Of a stretch of DNA of 64,000 nucleotides, positions 1-9,099 are shown in pieces. Under the pieces are notes generated by a model. It was not told the DNA's origin. It did no database searches and worked only from the letters and a program-made list of their open reading frames with translations. The position numbers were made by a program, and so were the translations under genes. Position 1 is the stretch's first letter. The number at the start of each line of letters is the position of its first letter. Where the stretch lies: the NCBI GenBank assembly GCA_002495905.1, contig DAHJ01000025.1, positions 21,995-85,994 of the forward strand, given 5' to 3'. This stretch comes from Thaumarchaeota archaeon UBA223 (lineage in GTDB: Archaea; Thermoproteota; Nitrososphaeria; Nitrososphaerales; UBA57).

Positions 1-1321
1 CGGCGGAGAGATTTTCGACAGTATTATAACCAACAAAATCGGCATTAACAGATTTGCCGACTTTTTTGTTTATTGTTTCTATATCCGAATTTTTTCCAGA
101 TGTATTATAAGCAATTAACTCTTCATGAGTAGGAAAATCTATTCCAGCACGACATGGATGTCTGATAGGAGGATAAGTAACAAGAATTTTAACACTTTTT
201 GCTCCAGAATTACGAAGTGTTTTTACAATAGCCCTAGAACTAATTCCGCGAACTATACTATCGTCGATAACAATTACGTCTTTGCCATCAACTGCGCTTT
301 TTACGGGCATTATCCAACGGTTAATTTTTAGTCTTTCCTTATATTTTGGTTGAATAAAACTCCTCATACTTCCACGCTTAGCATATCTATCTTTCATTAA
401 TCCTTCTACCATAGGAATGCCAGATTTTTCTGAGAATCCAAGAGCTGCAGGACGTGCAGAATCAGGTACTGGAACTACAACATCGCCATTAACGTCATAC
501 ATTTCAGCAAGCATTTGCCCTAATTTACGTCTACTTTCATAAACACTAGTTTGATCAATTACAGAACTAGGATGTGCAAAATAAATATATTCAAATGAAC
601 AATGAGCAGTTCTTTCACCTCGTGAAAATGAATGTGATTCTAATCCTTTATTTGATATTTTTATAATTTCGCCAGGATTAACGTCTCGTGTTAATTCAGC
701 GCCAAGCATTGAAAAAGCGCAACTTTCTGATGAGACAAGATATGTTTTCGATTTTTTATGCCAACCAATACATAATGGTCGAAAACCACGGGTATCTCTG
801 AATGCGTAAATTTCATTATTAGGAGTTAAAATAACAAAACAATAAGCACCTACGAGTTCATCGCATAAGAGTGTAATAGATTTGAACCAATCAAAGTTAT
901 TTGTTTTAAGGATTGTCAATAATCTTTTTCCAACAATAGAAGTGTCATTTATTCGTCTAGGTTTTTTACCTGTAAGTTTTGTATTAACAGAATTAAGATC
1001 GCAAACAGTTCCATTATGTGCTATACAAAATTTCTTGTTGATAGAAAAAGGTTGAGCGTTAGAAAGGGATGTTCCACCCGCAGTAGAATATCTAACATGT
1101 CCAATTGCCACATTAGTTTTCATTTGTTGAAGAACTAAGGCAGATTGATCTAAGTTATCAGTAACAAGTCCATTTTGTTTAAATGGATTCATAGTTGGAG
1201 TGGCAATCCCCCAAGCTTCTTGACCACGATGCTGTAAACCACGTAAACCTATGGTCACCAAAGGAATGACGTCAGTTTTAGAATTAGAAAAGGCAGCAAA
1301 TAAGCCGCATTTTTCTTTCAT
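1..1321 (-). CDS. purF: amidophosphoribosyltransferase (glutamine-PRPP amidotransferase); C-terminal end lies beyond window start
   Basis: Not in the ORF track because the frame is open to the window edge. My minus-strand translation from ATG 1321..1319 gives MKEKCGLFAAFSNSKTDVIPLVTIGLRGLQHRGQEAWGIATP (Ntn-type Cys after a short leader). Around 200-300 it gives DVIVIDDSIVRGISSRAIV (PRPP-binding loop). No in-frame stop down to position 2. ATGA start/stop overlap with purL. Confidence 0.9.
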   Translation of the reverse strand, partial: MKEKCGLFAAFSNSKTDVIPLVTIGLRGLQHRGQEAWGIATPTMNPFKQNGLVTDNLDQSALVLQQMKTNVAIGHVRYSTAGGTSLSNAQPFSINKKFCIAHNGTVCDLNSVNTKLTGKKPRRINDTSIVGKRLLTILKTNNFDWFKSITLLCDELVGAYCFVILTPNNEIYAFRDTRGFRPLCIGWHKKSKTYLVSSESCAFSMLGAELTRDVNPGEIIKISNKGLESHSFSRGERTAHCSFEYIYFAHPSSVIDQTSVYESRRKLGQMLAEMYDVNGDVVVPVPDSARPAALGFSEKSGIPMVEGLMKDRYAKRGSMRSFIQPKYKERLKINRWIMPVKSAVDGKDVIVIDDSIVRGISSRAIVKTLRNSGAKSVKILVTYPPIRHPCRAGIDFPTHEELIAYNTSGKNSDIETINKKVGKSVNADFVGYNTVENLSA

Positions 1322-3528
1322 ATTTGACCATCCATAAGCTTAGTTAAACTAGCATAAACATAAGATCTAATATAATCAAGATCGCAAGAAAAGAGATTAT
1401 CATCTTTATTAAAAATTTGTAGTTCATGACCTCCAATTGAACCGATTATTGAAACTGGAATATCATGATTGCGAGCTATATTTATAAGATTATTGAAGTT
1501 CTCATTTTTAATTGTTACAAGGAAACGTGAATGAGATTCGGAAAATAATAAGTCGTCCCATCGTTTACAATTAGTAGGAATGGAAGAAAGGTCAATAGAA
1601 GCTCCCATATCGCTAACAGTACACATTTGAAGTAAAGAGTGAATTAAACCGCCTTTTGAGCAATCATTAACAGCTCCAAATAAACCAACTTTAATTCCAT
1701 CACGAACAAGTTTTTGAGCGCGTTTTTCAAGTTCAAAATTCAATTTTGGAGTAAAACCAGATTGTTCAAAGCCTGAAGAAGAATAATATTCTGAACCTCC
1801 AAGTTCGTCAAATGTTTCACCGACCATAACTAACAAAGGTCTAGAATTATTAAATTTTCTAGTACGAAGATTATGTTCTCCTTTTATTAATCCAGCGACT
1901 GAAATTACTGGACTCGGTTTAATTGCTTCATGGGTTTTAGCATCTTCATTGTAAAAACTTACTTTTCCTCCCACGCAAGGAAGTCCAATATAAGAACAAA
2001 AATCGGAAATTGATTTTATGGTTTCGTTAAAAGTCCAAAAGACATCAGAATTACTTGGATTTCCAAATTGTAAATGATCCAACATAGCAATTGGTTCAGC
2101 ACCTACAGAAATTACATTACGCATAGCTTCTGCAACGACACCGGCAGATCCATTATAAGGATCAAGATAACAATGAGAAGGATTTCCATCAACCGAAATG
2201 GCAATAAATTTATCAGGAGCAATTCGAATAACTGAAGCACCAGATTCACCAGGTTTTACTACAGTATTAGTTCCTACTTCATGATCATATTGCTGAAAAA
2301 CCCATGATTTATTTGCAAGGTTGGGAGATGAAAGAACTTTCAATATTGTTTCTTTAATATCAGATGGCAGTTCGGGTTTAGAAATAGATTTATTATCTAA
2401 ATATTTGGGTTTAGTTTTAGGCCAATGAATTAAGGGAGCATTAGCAATTAGTTCTGTAGGTAAATCAACTATGACTTTTCCATTACTATTAATAACAACA
2501 TGCTTTGTATCAGTAACTTTACCAATTACAGAATATTGTAAATTATATTTATCAAAACATTTAGAAATAGTATCAAAATTATCAGGATGCATTATGAATA
2601 ACATTCTTTCTTGAGATTCAGAAATAAGGACTTCATAAGGCTCCATTCCAGATTCACGTAAATGAATTTTTTCAAGGTCTACTTCAACTCCCGTTTTTCC
2701 CATATCACTTACTTCAGACAGGCAACAAGCCAAACCACCGCCTCCTAAATCTTTAAGACCGGATACAAGACCAGTACTCAGAGCATCCATTGTACCCTCG
2801 ATAATTAATTTCTTAATGAAGGGATCAGGGATTTGTACTGCTGAACGATCAGTAGGTTCATCTTCCAAGTCTTTTGATGCGAATGAAGAACCATGAATTC
2901 CATCTCGGCCAGTACTATTTCCCAATAGAACTAGTATATCACCAACATTTTTTGCTTCAGAGAAGATTAATTGTTTCTTTTTTCCCACTCCAATAGATAC
3001 TACGTCAACTAAACAATTGGTATCATAACAAGTGTCAAAAGAAAGTTCCCCTCCTATAGTAGGAATACCAACACAATTACCATAATCTGCAATTCCACGA
3101 ACAACATTCTGCAACAACCAACGATTATTGGGATTAGTGAGATTGCCAAATCTCAATGAATCGAGGACAGCAATAGGACGTGTGCCAATAGAAAGAATAT
3201 CGCGCAATACACCGCCAACTCCAGTAGCAGCCCCTCCATAAGGATCTATAGCAGAAGGATGGTTATGACTTTCGATATGCATAGTTAAGACCTGTCCATT
3301 ATCTACATCCAATACTCCGGCTTCATAGCCTGGTCCAAATAAAACACGTTTGCCTTTAGTAGGAAGAAGTTTTAGAAGTGACTTTGAGGATTTATAGCTA
3401 CAATGTTCAGACCATTGTGCATCAATCATTGAAAGTTCAATATTATTAGGTTTGCGATTAAGTGATTTCTCAACATATTCTAATTCATTATCAGTAAGAG
3501 AATGTTCTACAAATTCAGTTTTGCTCAT
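1318..3528 (-). CDS. purL: phosphoribosylformylglycinamidine (FGAM) synthase subunit II
   Basis: 736-aa ORF with ESHNHPS and GGAATGVGG motifs and duplicated AIR-synthase-like halves, typical of small PurL. It lies in purS-purQ-x-purL-purF order. Confidence 0.95.
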   Translation of the reverse strand: MSKTEFVEHSLTDNELEYVEKSLNRKPNNIELSMIDAQWSEHCSYKSSKSLLKLLPTKGKRVLFGPGYEAGVLDVDNGQVLTMHIESHNHPSAIDPYGGAATGVGGVLRDILSIGTRPIAVLDSLRFGNLTNPNNRWLLQNVVRGIADYGNCVGIPTIGGELSFDTCYDTNCLVDVVSIGVGKKKQLIFSEAKNVGDILVLLGNSTGRDGIHGSSFASKDLEDEPTDRSAVQIPDPFIKKLIIEGTMDALSTGLVSGLKDLGGGGLACCLSEVSDMGKTGVEVDLEKIHLRESGMEPYEVLISESQERMLFIMHPDNFDTISKCFDKYNLQYSVIGKVTDTKHVVINSNGKVIVDLPTELIANAPLIHWPKTKPKYLDNKSISKPELPSDIKETILKVLSSPNLANKSWVFQQYDHEVGTNTVVKPGESGASVIRIAPDKFIAISVDGNPSHCYLDPYNGSAGVVAEAMRNVISVGAEPIAMLDHLQFGNPSNSDVFWTFNETIKSISDFCSYIGLPCVGGKVSFYNEDAKTHEAIKPSPVISVAGLIKGEHNLRTRKFNNSRPLLVMVGETFDELGGSEYYSSSGFEQSGFTPKLNFELEKRAQKLVRDGIKVGLFGAVNDCSKGGLIHSLLQMCTVSDMGASIDLSSIPTNCKRWDDLLFSESHSRFLVTIKNENFNNLINIARNHDIPVSIIGSIGGHELQIFNKDDNLFSCDLDYIRSYVYASLTKLMDGQI

Positions 3529-3701
3529 TGTTTAAACACCTCATCCTTTATCTGTCTAAGTTCAGTAGCAATTTGTTCTAAAGCCTTGGCGATTCTTATT
3601 TCATTATTGTTACAAGATTCGCAAAAATGTTCGTGACGATGAATTATATTTTTACTCACTGAATCAATTAACTTACATGATTCACAGGAATGTTCGCTCA
3701 T
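3525..3701 (-). CDS. 58-aa CxxC...CxxC small protein (putative zinc ribbon plus C-terminal helix), function unknown
   Basis: Below the ORF-track size cut-off. My translation is MSEHSCESCKLIDSVSKNIIHRHEHFCESCNNNEIRIAKALEQIATELRQIKDEVFKQ. Its ATG overlaps the purQ stop (ATGA) and its TGA overlaps the purL ATG (ATGA), so it fills the purQ-purL gap exactly. Confidence 0.55.
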   Translation of the reverse strand: MSEHSCESCKLIDSVSKNIIHRHEHFCESCNNNEIRIAKALEQIATELRQIKDEVFKQ

Positions 3702-4411
3702 TCTTTCAACATAACCTCGAGAGATAAGATCATTGAACGAAAGATTCCAATTCCGTCATTAGATGAATATGGACTCAATAAAGAATCAGATGCACGTTCA
3801 GGATGTGGCATCATTCCAAGAACATTACCATCAGAGTTAGAAACTGCTGCAATATTAGATATTGAACCATTAGGATTATTATTCATAGAAGTATTACCGT
3901 CAGAGTCAGAATATCTTAATACAATTTGATTATTTCGTTCAAGTTCTTGAAGTTTATCTTCGCTTACGTAATATCTTCCTTCATTATGTGCAATAGGCAT
4001 TCGAATAATTGAATTGGATTGAAAAGAATTAGTAAAAAGATTATTAGTTTCAACTTTTAGATCAACCCATTTACAAATAAATTTAAGATTGGAATTTGTC
4101 AATAAAGCTCCAGGAAGTAAACCAGACTCGACTAATATTTGGAAACCATTACAAATACCAATAATAGGTTTTCCTTTGAGAGAGAGTTTTTTGAGTTGAT
4201 TAATTACTGGACTATATGCAGCTATAATACCCGCACGTAAACGATCTCCATAAGAAAAACCTCCAGGTAAAACTATTGCATCGTAATTTTCTAAATCAGT
4301 ATTTTTTTCGTGCCAAATTAATGTAGATTCAACATTAAGAATTTCATTAAAAACTCTATAGGTATCAATATCACAATTAGTCCCAGGAAATTGAATAATA
4401 GCGACATTCAA
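3698..4411 (-). CDS. purQ: FGAM synthase subunit I (glutaminase)
   Basis: 237 aa class I glutamine amidotransferase: GICNGFQ nucleophile elbow and a C-terminal MMPHPER motif. Adjacent to purS and purL. Confidence 0.93.
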   Translation of the reverse strand: MNVAIIQFPGTNCDIDTYRVFNEILNVESTLIWHEKNTDLENYDAIVLPGGFSYGDRLRAGIIAAYSPVINQLKKLSLKGKPIIGICNGFQILVESGLLPGALLTNSNLKFICKWVDLKVETNNLFTNSFQSNSIIRMPIAHNEGRYYVSEDKLQELERNNQIVLRYSDSDGNTSMNNNPNGSISNIAAVSNSDGNVLGMMPHPERASDSLLSPYSSNDGIGIFRSMILSLEVMLKE

Positions 4412-4412
4412 G

Positions 4413-4679
4413 TCATTCAGTTCCCCGTACCGTACAAGAACTTACTAAAGGATTGTAAAGTCTAAGTTCATCACAAATAACAAGTGCCTTACTTTTAGCG
4501 TCTTCCAGATTTTCTGCCTTAACAATTAATTGGATAACTTTAGATACACTAACTGAAGTAACATAATCAAAATTATTACGTAATAATAAATCCTGTAAGA
4601 TTGTTTCTCCTTCCGGATTACGAAGTTCGGGTTTGGGTGAAATTAATAAGTCAATTTTGAACTCAGAGACTGTTGCCAC
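4413..4679 (-). CDS. purS: FGAM synthase PurS subunit
   Basis: 88-aa ORF one nucleotide upstream of purQ. The length and the NPEGETI motif are typical of PurS. Confidence 0.85.
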   Translation of the reverse strand: MATVSEFKIDLLISPKPELRNPEGETILQDLLLRNNFDYVTSVSVSKVIQLIVKAENLEDAKSKALVICDELRLYNPLVSSCTVRGTE

Positions 4680-4733
4680 TTTACCCCAATTAAAATTGGG
4701 AATTAATATAATATATATCTAATGGCAAAACAA

Positions 4734-5573
4734 TCAAATCGCCAAAGAATATATTTTCTGAATATTTTCTTCATCTCCGGAACTTTCATCAATTGGAGTT
4801 TCAAGAATTAATGGAAGGTTTTTGATAGCTCTATGTTTTAAGATTTCCCGGAAACCATCTTCGCCAATGTAACCTTTACCAATGTGCTGATGACGATCCA
4901 ATCCATTACCTATTTCTCCTTTAGAATCGTTCAAATGAACAACTTTCAGATGTTTTAGACCTATGATTTTATCAAATGTTTGGATAGTATTGAGAGCAGA
5001 TTTACGAGAAGATAAATCATATCCTGCTGCAAAAGCATGACATGTATCAAAACAAAATCCAATTCGAGAATTATCTTTAACGTTATCAAAAATATATTTT
5101 AATTCTTCAAATTTAGAACCAACGTTATTTTTTGTTCCTGCAGTGTTTTCTAAGATGATCATAGTTTCATTAGGAACGTCAGATAATGCTGAATTGCAAG
5201 CTTTAATTACTCGTTCAAGTCCATTTTCTAAACCGGTACCAAGATGACTACCAATATGAGTAACAACATATTTAATTCCAAGTTTATTACACCTATCTAA
5301 TTCCGAGCTTAATGTTTTAATAGACATAGCATGAACTTCATCTTTAGGAGATGAAAGATTAGGAAGATAAGGCATATGACAAATTACGTCAGATATATTT
5401 TCAGATATTACTTTATTTTTGAAAGTTATGATATCAGATTCTTTTAAATCAGAATATTTCCAACCTCGTGGATTACGAGTAAAAATTTGAAATGAATTTA
5501 AATCAAGTGATCTAGCCCTATCAATTGATAAATCTATAGAACCTGAAATAGATACATGAACGCCGAGTTTCAT
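4734..5573 (-). CDS. nfo: endonuclease IV (AP endonuclease, TIM barrel)
   Basis: 279 aa with VTHIGSH, a CFDTCHAFAAGYD region and LHLNDSK-like (VHLNDSK) and HQHIG motifs of the Nfo family. Confidence 0.88.
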   Translation of the reverse strand: MKLGVHVSISGSIDLSIDRARSLDLNSFQIFTRNPRGWKYSDLKESDIITFKNKVISENISDVICHMPYLPNLSSPKDEVHAMSIKTLSSELDRCNKLGIKYVVTHIGSHLGTGLENGLERVIKACNSALSDVPNETMIILENTAGTKNNVGSKFEELKYIFDNVKDNSRIGFCFDTCHAFAAGYDLSSRKSALNTIQTFDKIIGLKHLKVVHLNDSKGEIGNGLDRHQHIGKGYIGEDGFREILKHRAIKNLPLILETPIDESSGDEENIQKIYSLAI

Positions 5574-5582
5574 TTATAATGT

Positions 5583-5870
5583 TTATAATTTCATACCAAA
5601 GCTTTCGGCGAAATCTGCGAAATCAGAATGAGAACGTAAATATTCAATTCCTTTGTGACTTAAAATATATCTTTGATTATTATCAACAGTAATTTGTTCT
5701 ACAAGTCCAGAATCAACAAGTCGGGTAATAATTTTTGTAGCTCGTCCATAAGAAAGATTGGCTTTTTGTATTATGCGAGTAATTCCTAAACCAGATTGTC
5801 CTTCACTTCCATCATTAATAGATGACAGAACATCGGCAACAATTTTAACTTGAGATCTATAAACGGACAT
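5583..5870 (-). CDS. small winged-helix DNA-binding protein (COG3432-like), function unknown
   Basis: 95 aa. The pattern GITRIIQKANLSYGRATKIITRLVDSGLVE...YILSHKGIEYL resembles archaeal wHTH regulators. It overlaps the upstream membrane-protein ORF by 14 nt. Confidence 0.5.
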   Translation of the reverse strand: MSVYRSQVKIVADVLSSINDGSEGQSGLGITRIIQKANLSYGRATKIITRLVDSGLVEQITVDNNQRYILSHKGIEYLRSHSDFADFAESFGMKL

Positions 5871-6564
5871 TATTTTCTTCTCCTTTGTATGTATTGAAAC
5901 TACTTACTGGTGTATAAAGCATTATGAATCCAATTAATTTGACTAAAATAGAAGAAATCATTAACGGGCTTAAACCTGAGTAAAATAAGGCTAGCCACCT
6001 TATAAATTCACCGGCAGATAATGCTGCAAATCCAAGAAACATATAGAGAATTGGGCGTTTTTTTGATTCGAGATAAGATAAAAGAGTCTCAAATGAGCCA
6101 TAAAGTAGAAAAACAAATGAAATTGACTTTAGAATAGATAAAACAGAAACAGTAGTTAGAAATCCATATGCAACGGAAACAGCCGAGGCTTTTTGATATG
6201 ACTTGATTCCATGGCCCAAAGCAAGGATAAAGTATCCTAACAATTCAAAAGATGCGGCAATAATGAAGAATAAAGAAGTTAGAGCAATTGATATATTGAA
6301 GAATTCGAATCGGAAATTCAAGATTAGATCCGATTGAAAAGTAAGATTATAGAAAACAGGAAATATATACGTAAATGCAGTTAAGAAGAAACCAATAGTC
6401 AGAGCAATAAAGGAAATAGTTAGTCTAAGAAGTGTAGGACTACGTGTATTTCTATAACCTTCTCGGGATATTCGCATGACACGGTATCCAATAAAAGAGC
6501 CAATAAGATAAAGCAACCCTTCGATTAATTTATATTCCGAAAATAGAAAGTATGATCCTAGCAC
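5857..6564 (-). CDS. polytopic membrane protein, unknown function
   Basis: 235-aa ORF with about 6-7 hydrophobic segments and no recognisable motif. Confidence 0.5.
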   Translation of the reverse strand: MLGSYFLFSEYKLIEGLLYLIGSFIGYRVMRISREGYRNTRSPTLLRLTISFIALTIGFFLTAFTYIFPVFYNLTFQSDLILNFRFEFFNISIALTSLFFIIAASFELLGYFILALGHGIKSYQKASAVSVAYGFLTTVSVLSILKSISFVFLLYGSFETLLSYLESKKRPILYMFLGFAALSAGEFIRWLALFYSGLSPLMISSILVKLIGFIMLYTPVSSFNTYKGEENNVRL

Positions 6565-6600
6565 AATAAGTAATAGATTAGACGATTTATATATCTTAAA

Positions 6601-6846
6601 TCATCGAAATAAAGAATAAACTATTATGATAAAGAGACTGACAATAATCAACAATGGAGAAGTGACAAATGTGAAATTGTTGTTCTTATATACATAAATT
6701 ATAAACCAAGAAATATTTGTTGAAATAAGAAAATTAAATCTTTTTAAAATTTCAGGAAGTAGTACTAAAAATAACCCCATGAGAAGAAAGAAATAGCCAA
6801 TATTTGATATATTGTCAAAACTAATCAACGAGCTATAAATAACCAT
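6601..6846 (-). CDS. small hydrophobic protein (3 predicted TM), hypothetical
   Basis: 81-aa ORF, very AT-rich and hydrophobic. It could be a chance ORF. Confidence 0.3.
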   Translation of the reverse strand: MVIYSSLISFDNISNIGYFFLLMGLFLVLLPEILKRFNFLISTNISWFIIYVYKNNNFTFVTSPLLIIVSLFIIIVYSLFR

Positions 6847-7013
6847 TAATGAGATATATAATGTTTTACAGGAAATTTATTGGTTTATATATAACAATAA
6901 TACTTATCTATGAAGTTAAGTCCATCATTCCTGTGAGTCGAAGAAGGGAAGACAACTGTTAAACAGGATAGATATTAAGATAAGAGATTTCTCTAAGAAA
7001 AAAGGCGGTAATT

Positions 7014-7319
7014 ATGGAAGTATGTAATAAGTGTGGATTACCAATGGATCTTTGTGTATGCCAGGAACTAGAAAAAGAAGATTCAAGAATCATTGTAAGG
7101 CTAGAAATGAGAAGGTTTAGAAAACCAACTACAATAATTGAAGGACTAGCGTCAAAGAGTACAGATGTTTCAGAAATTGCAAAGAAATTAAAAAATACAT
7201 TAGCTTGTGGAGGTTCTGGAAAAGGAAAATTAGTAATACTTCAAGGAGATCATCGAGATGTATTAAAAGCTCATTTAATAAATCTAGGTTTTAGTGAGTC
7301 TTCCATAGAGGTACAATAA
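7014..7319 (+). CDS. sui1: translation initiation factor SUI1/aIF1
   Basis: 101 aa with an N-terminal CxxC...CxC knuckle (CNKCGLPMDLCVC), then the SUI1 fold signature RRFRKPTTIIEGL...LKNTLACGGS. Confidence 0.9.
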   Translation: MEVCNKCGLPMDLCVCQELEKEDSRIIVRLEMRRFRKPTTIIEGLASKSTDVSEIAKKLKNTLACGGSGKGKLVILQGDHRDVLKAHLINLGFSESSIEVQ

Positions 7320-7325
7320 AAAAAG

Positions 7326-7535
7326 ATGTTTCAAAAAATTAAAAAAATCATAAATGAACTAATTCAAATAAATAATTTAAAAACTCGAAATAAAGTAACA
7401 AATTCTAAGATAAAAATATGTCCTTCGTGCACATCAAAGTTAGAACCTCTCAATGAGCAATTAGAATGGTTAATGCCGCAAAAATATCTGTGTAAGAAAT
7501 GTAATTATTTAGGAACAGCTTATTTTGAGCAATAA
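7326..7535 (+). CDS. small zinc-ribbon protein, hypothetical
   Basis: 69 aa with CPSC ... CKKC pairs. It lies 6 nt downstream of SUI1. Confidence 0.4.
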   Translation: MFQKIKKIINELIQINNLKTRNKVTNSKIKICPSCTSKLEPLNEQLEWLMPQKYLCKKCNYLGTAYFEQ

Positions 7536-7563
7536 TTTAATAGAGGAATAACATATTATCCGC

Positions 7564-7998
7564 ATGGCTAGACCAACTTGGGATATATATTTCATGGAAA
7601 TTGCACAACAAGTATCAAAGAGATCAACATGTGATAGAAAGAATGTTGGAGCAGTAATAGTCAAAGATAAAGTCATACTGTCAACAGGATATAATGGAAG
7701 TATACGTGGAGTAAAGCATTGTGACGAGATTGGTCATCTTATGGAAAATGATCATTGTGTAAGAACAGTTCATGCAGAAGTAAATGCAGTAGCTCAATCA
7801 GCTATGAATGGAACTGAAATTAAGAATTCAAGTATTTATCTTACGGCAAGTCCATGTTGGCCTTGTTTTAAAGTAATTGCAAACAGTGGGATTAAAAGGA
7901 TATATTTTGGAGAGTTTTATAGAGATGAAAAAATATTCAAATTTGCTCAAGAATCAGGTATAGAATTAATAGATATGAGTAAGAAAAATGAAGATTAG
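7564..7998 (+). CDS. deoxycytidylate (dCMP) deaminase, zinc-dependent CDA fold
   Basis: 144 aa with HAEVNA and PCWPC zinc-ligand motifs and TCDRKNVGAVIV, typical of the ComEB/dCMP deaminase family. Confidence 0.88.
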   Translation: MARPTWDIYFMEIAQQVSKRSTCDRKNVGAVIVKDKVILSTGYNGSIRGVKHCDEIGHLMENDHCVRTVHAEVNAVAQSAMNGTEIKNSSIYLTASPCWPCFKVIANSGIKRIYFGEFYRDEKIFKFAQESGIELIDMSKKNED

Positions 7999-7999
7999 T

Positions 8000-8929
8000 C
8001 TATATTTGTAATGCAGATTTTAAGCCTTTGTATCGATTACGAATGGTGACTTCAGTAACACCTGCAGCTTCTGCCACATCTTTTTGTGTTTTACTTTCTC
8101 CTTCCATGACACAAGCAACATACAATGCAGCTGCGGCAAGACCCATTGGATCTTTTCCAGCAGAAGTTCTAGTATCTTCAGCTTTACGTAGAATTATTAA
8201 AGCACTTCTTTTAGTTTTTTCAGATAAACCAGCCTTACTAGCAATTCTAGAAACACATTTTGTAGGATCTACAACAGGCATTCTCAAATCCATTTCACGG
8301 AGTAATAACCGGTAGCATCTTGCAATGTCTTTTTTCTTGATATTACATGCAGCGGCAACATCTTTTAATGTTCTAGGTGTTTCAGTATCACGACAAGCAG
8401 CATAAAGTGAAGCAGCAATAAGTGCAGAGATTGAACGACCTCGTACAAGACCCTTTTCAAGAGCTTTACGGTAAATATAAGCGGCTTTTTCAATAACAGC
8501 ATCACTAAGATTTAATTTATCAGCTAATCGATCTAATTCACTAAATGCTTGTCTAAGATTACGATCAACTGGTTCATGTACTTGACTTCTTCCATCCCAA
8601 GTACGTAATCTTTCAATTGCAGCTTTCATAGAAGCAGGTAATGATCTACCTGCGGCATCTCGGTCTTCAGCACCAATAACGGTAGCTAACCCCATATCAT
8701 GCATTGCGAGTGAAGATGGAACACCAGTTCGTGCTCGATCATCTTTTTCTTCTTTAGAAAATGCTCTCCATTCAGGACCTTCTTCTTCAATTTTATCTAC
8801 AATAACATAACCACAGTTACTACAATTCATTTCACCGCCAGAAGAGTCTACGACAATTGGACCTTTGCCACAACGCGTACAGCGATCTATTTTCGTGCTT
8901 TTTGGTAACGAACCTAATTCTTCTTTCAT
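8000..8929 (-). CDS. tfb: transcription initiation factor IIB (TFB)
   Basis: 309 aa. N-terminal zinc ribbon (CTRCG...CSNCG), B-linker, two cyclin repeats and a C-terminal VTEVTIRNRYK motif. Confidence 0.96.
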   Translation of the reverse strand: MKEELGSLPKSTKIDRCTRCGKGPIVVDSSGGEMNCSNCGYVIVDKIEEEGPEWRAFSKEEKDDRARTGVPSSLAMHDMGLATVIGAEDRDAAGRSLPASMKAAIERLRTWDGRSQVHEPVDRNLRQAFSELDRLADKLNLSDAVIEKAAYIYRKALEKGLVRGRSISALIAASLYAACRDTETPRTLKDVAAACNIKKKDIARCYRLLLREMDLRMPVVDPTKCVSRIASKAGLSEKTKRSALIILRKAEDTRTSAGKDPMGLAAAALYVACVMEGESKTQKDVAEAAGVTEVTIRNRYKGLKSALQI

Positions 8930-9099
8930 TATAATTTCACCATTTTTTTTGTTTTTAATATTTAAGCATTTTTATACTTAATACTTCCGGTTAGATGTAG
9001 ATGTAATATTTAAACTTTATTATAGATACCGATTATGATAATGTAACGTATTGTATAATAACATATTTAGAAGAATAGATGATACGTTACTCGTAAATA

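Noticed and set aside
3690-3929. 79-aa plus-strand ORF from the track
   Set aside because: It lies entirely antisense to purQ and the small CxxC ORF and has no motif. It is typical shadow-frame noise. The same reasoning applies to the other antisense track ORFs inside large genes. Examples are 8028-8315, 9357-9719, 12226-12468, 16914-17297, 18744-19190, 20098-20355, 27168-27398, 39009-39269, 44546-44827, 57027-57284 and 60494-60796.
6847-7013. Possible C/D-box sRNA in the spacer upstream of SUI1 (AATGATGG on the minus strand near 6930)
   Set aside because: There is only an imperfect C-box-like string. I found no matching D box (CUGA), C'/D' pair or terminal stem.
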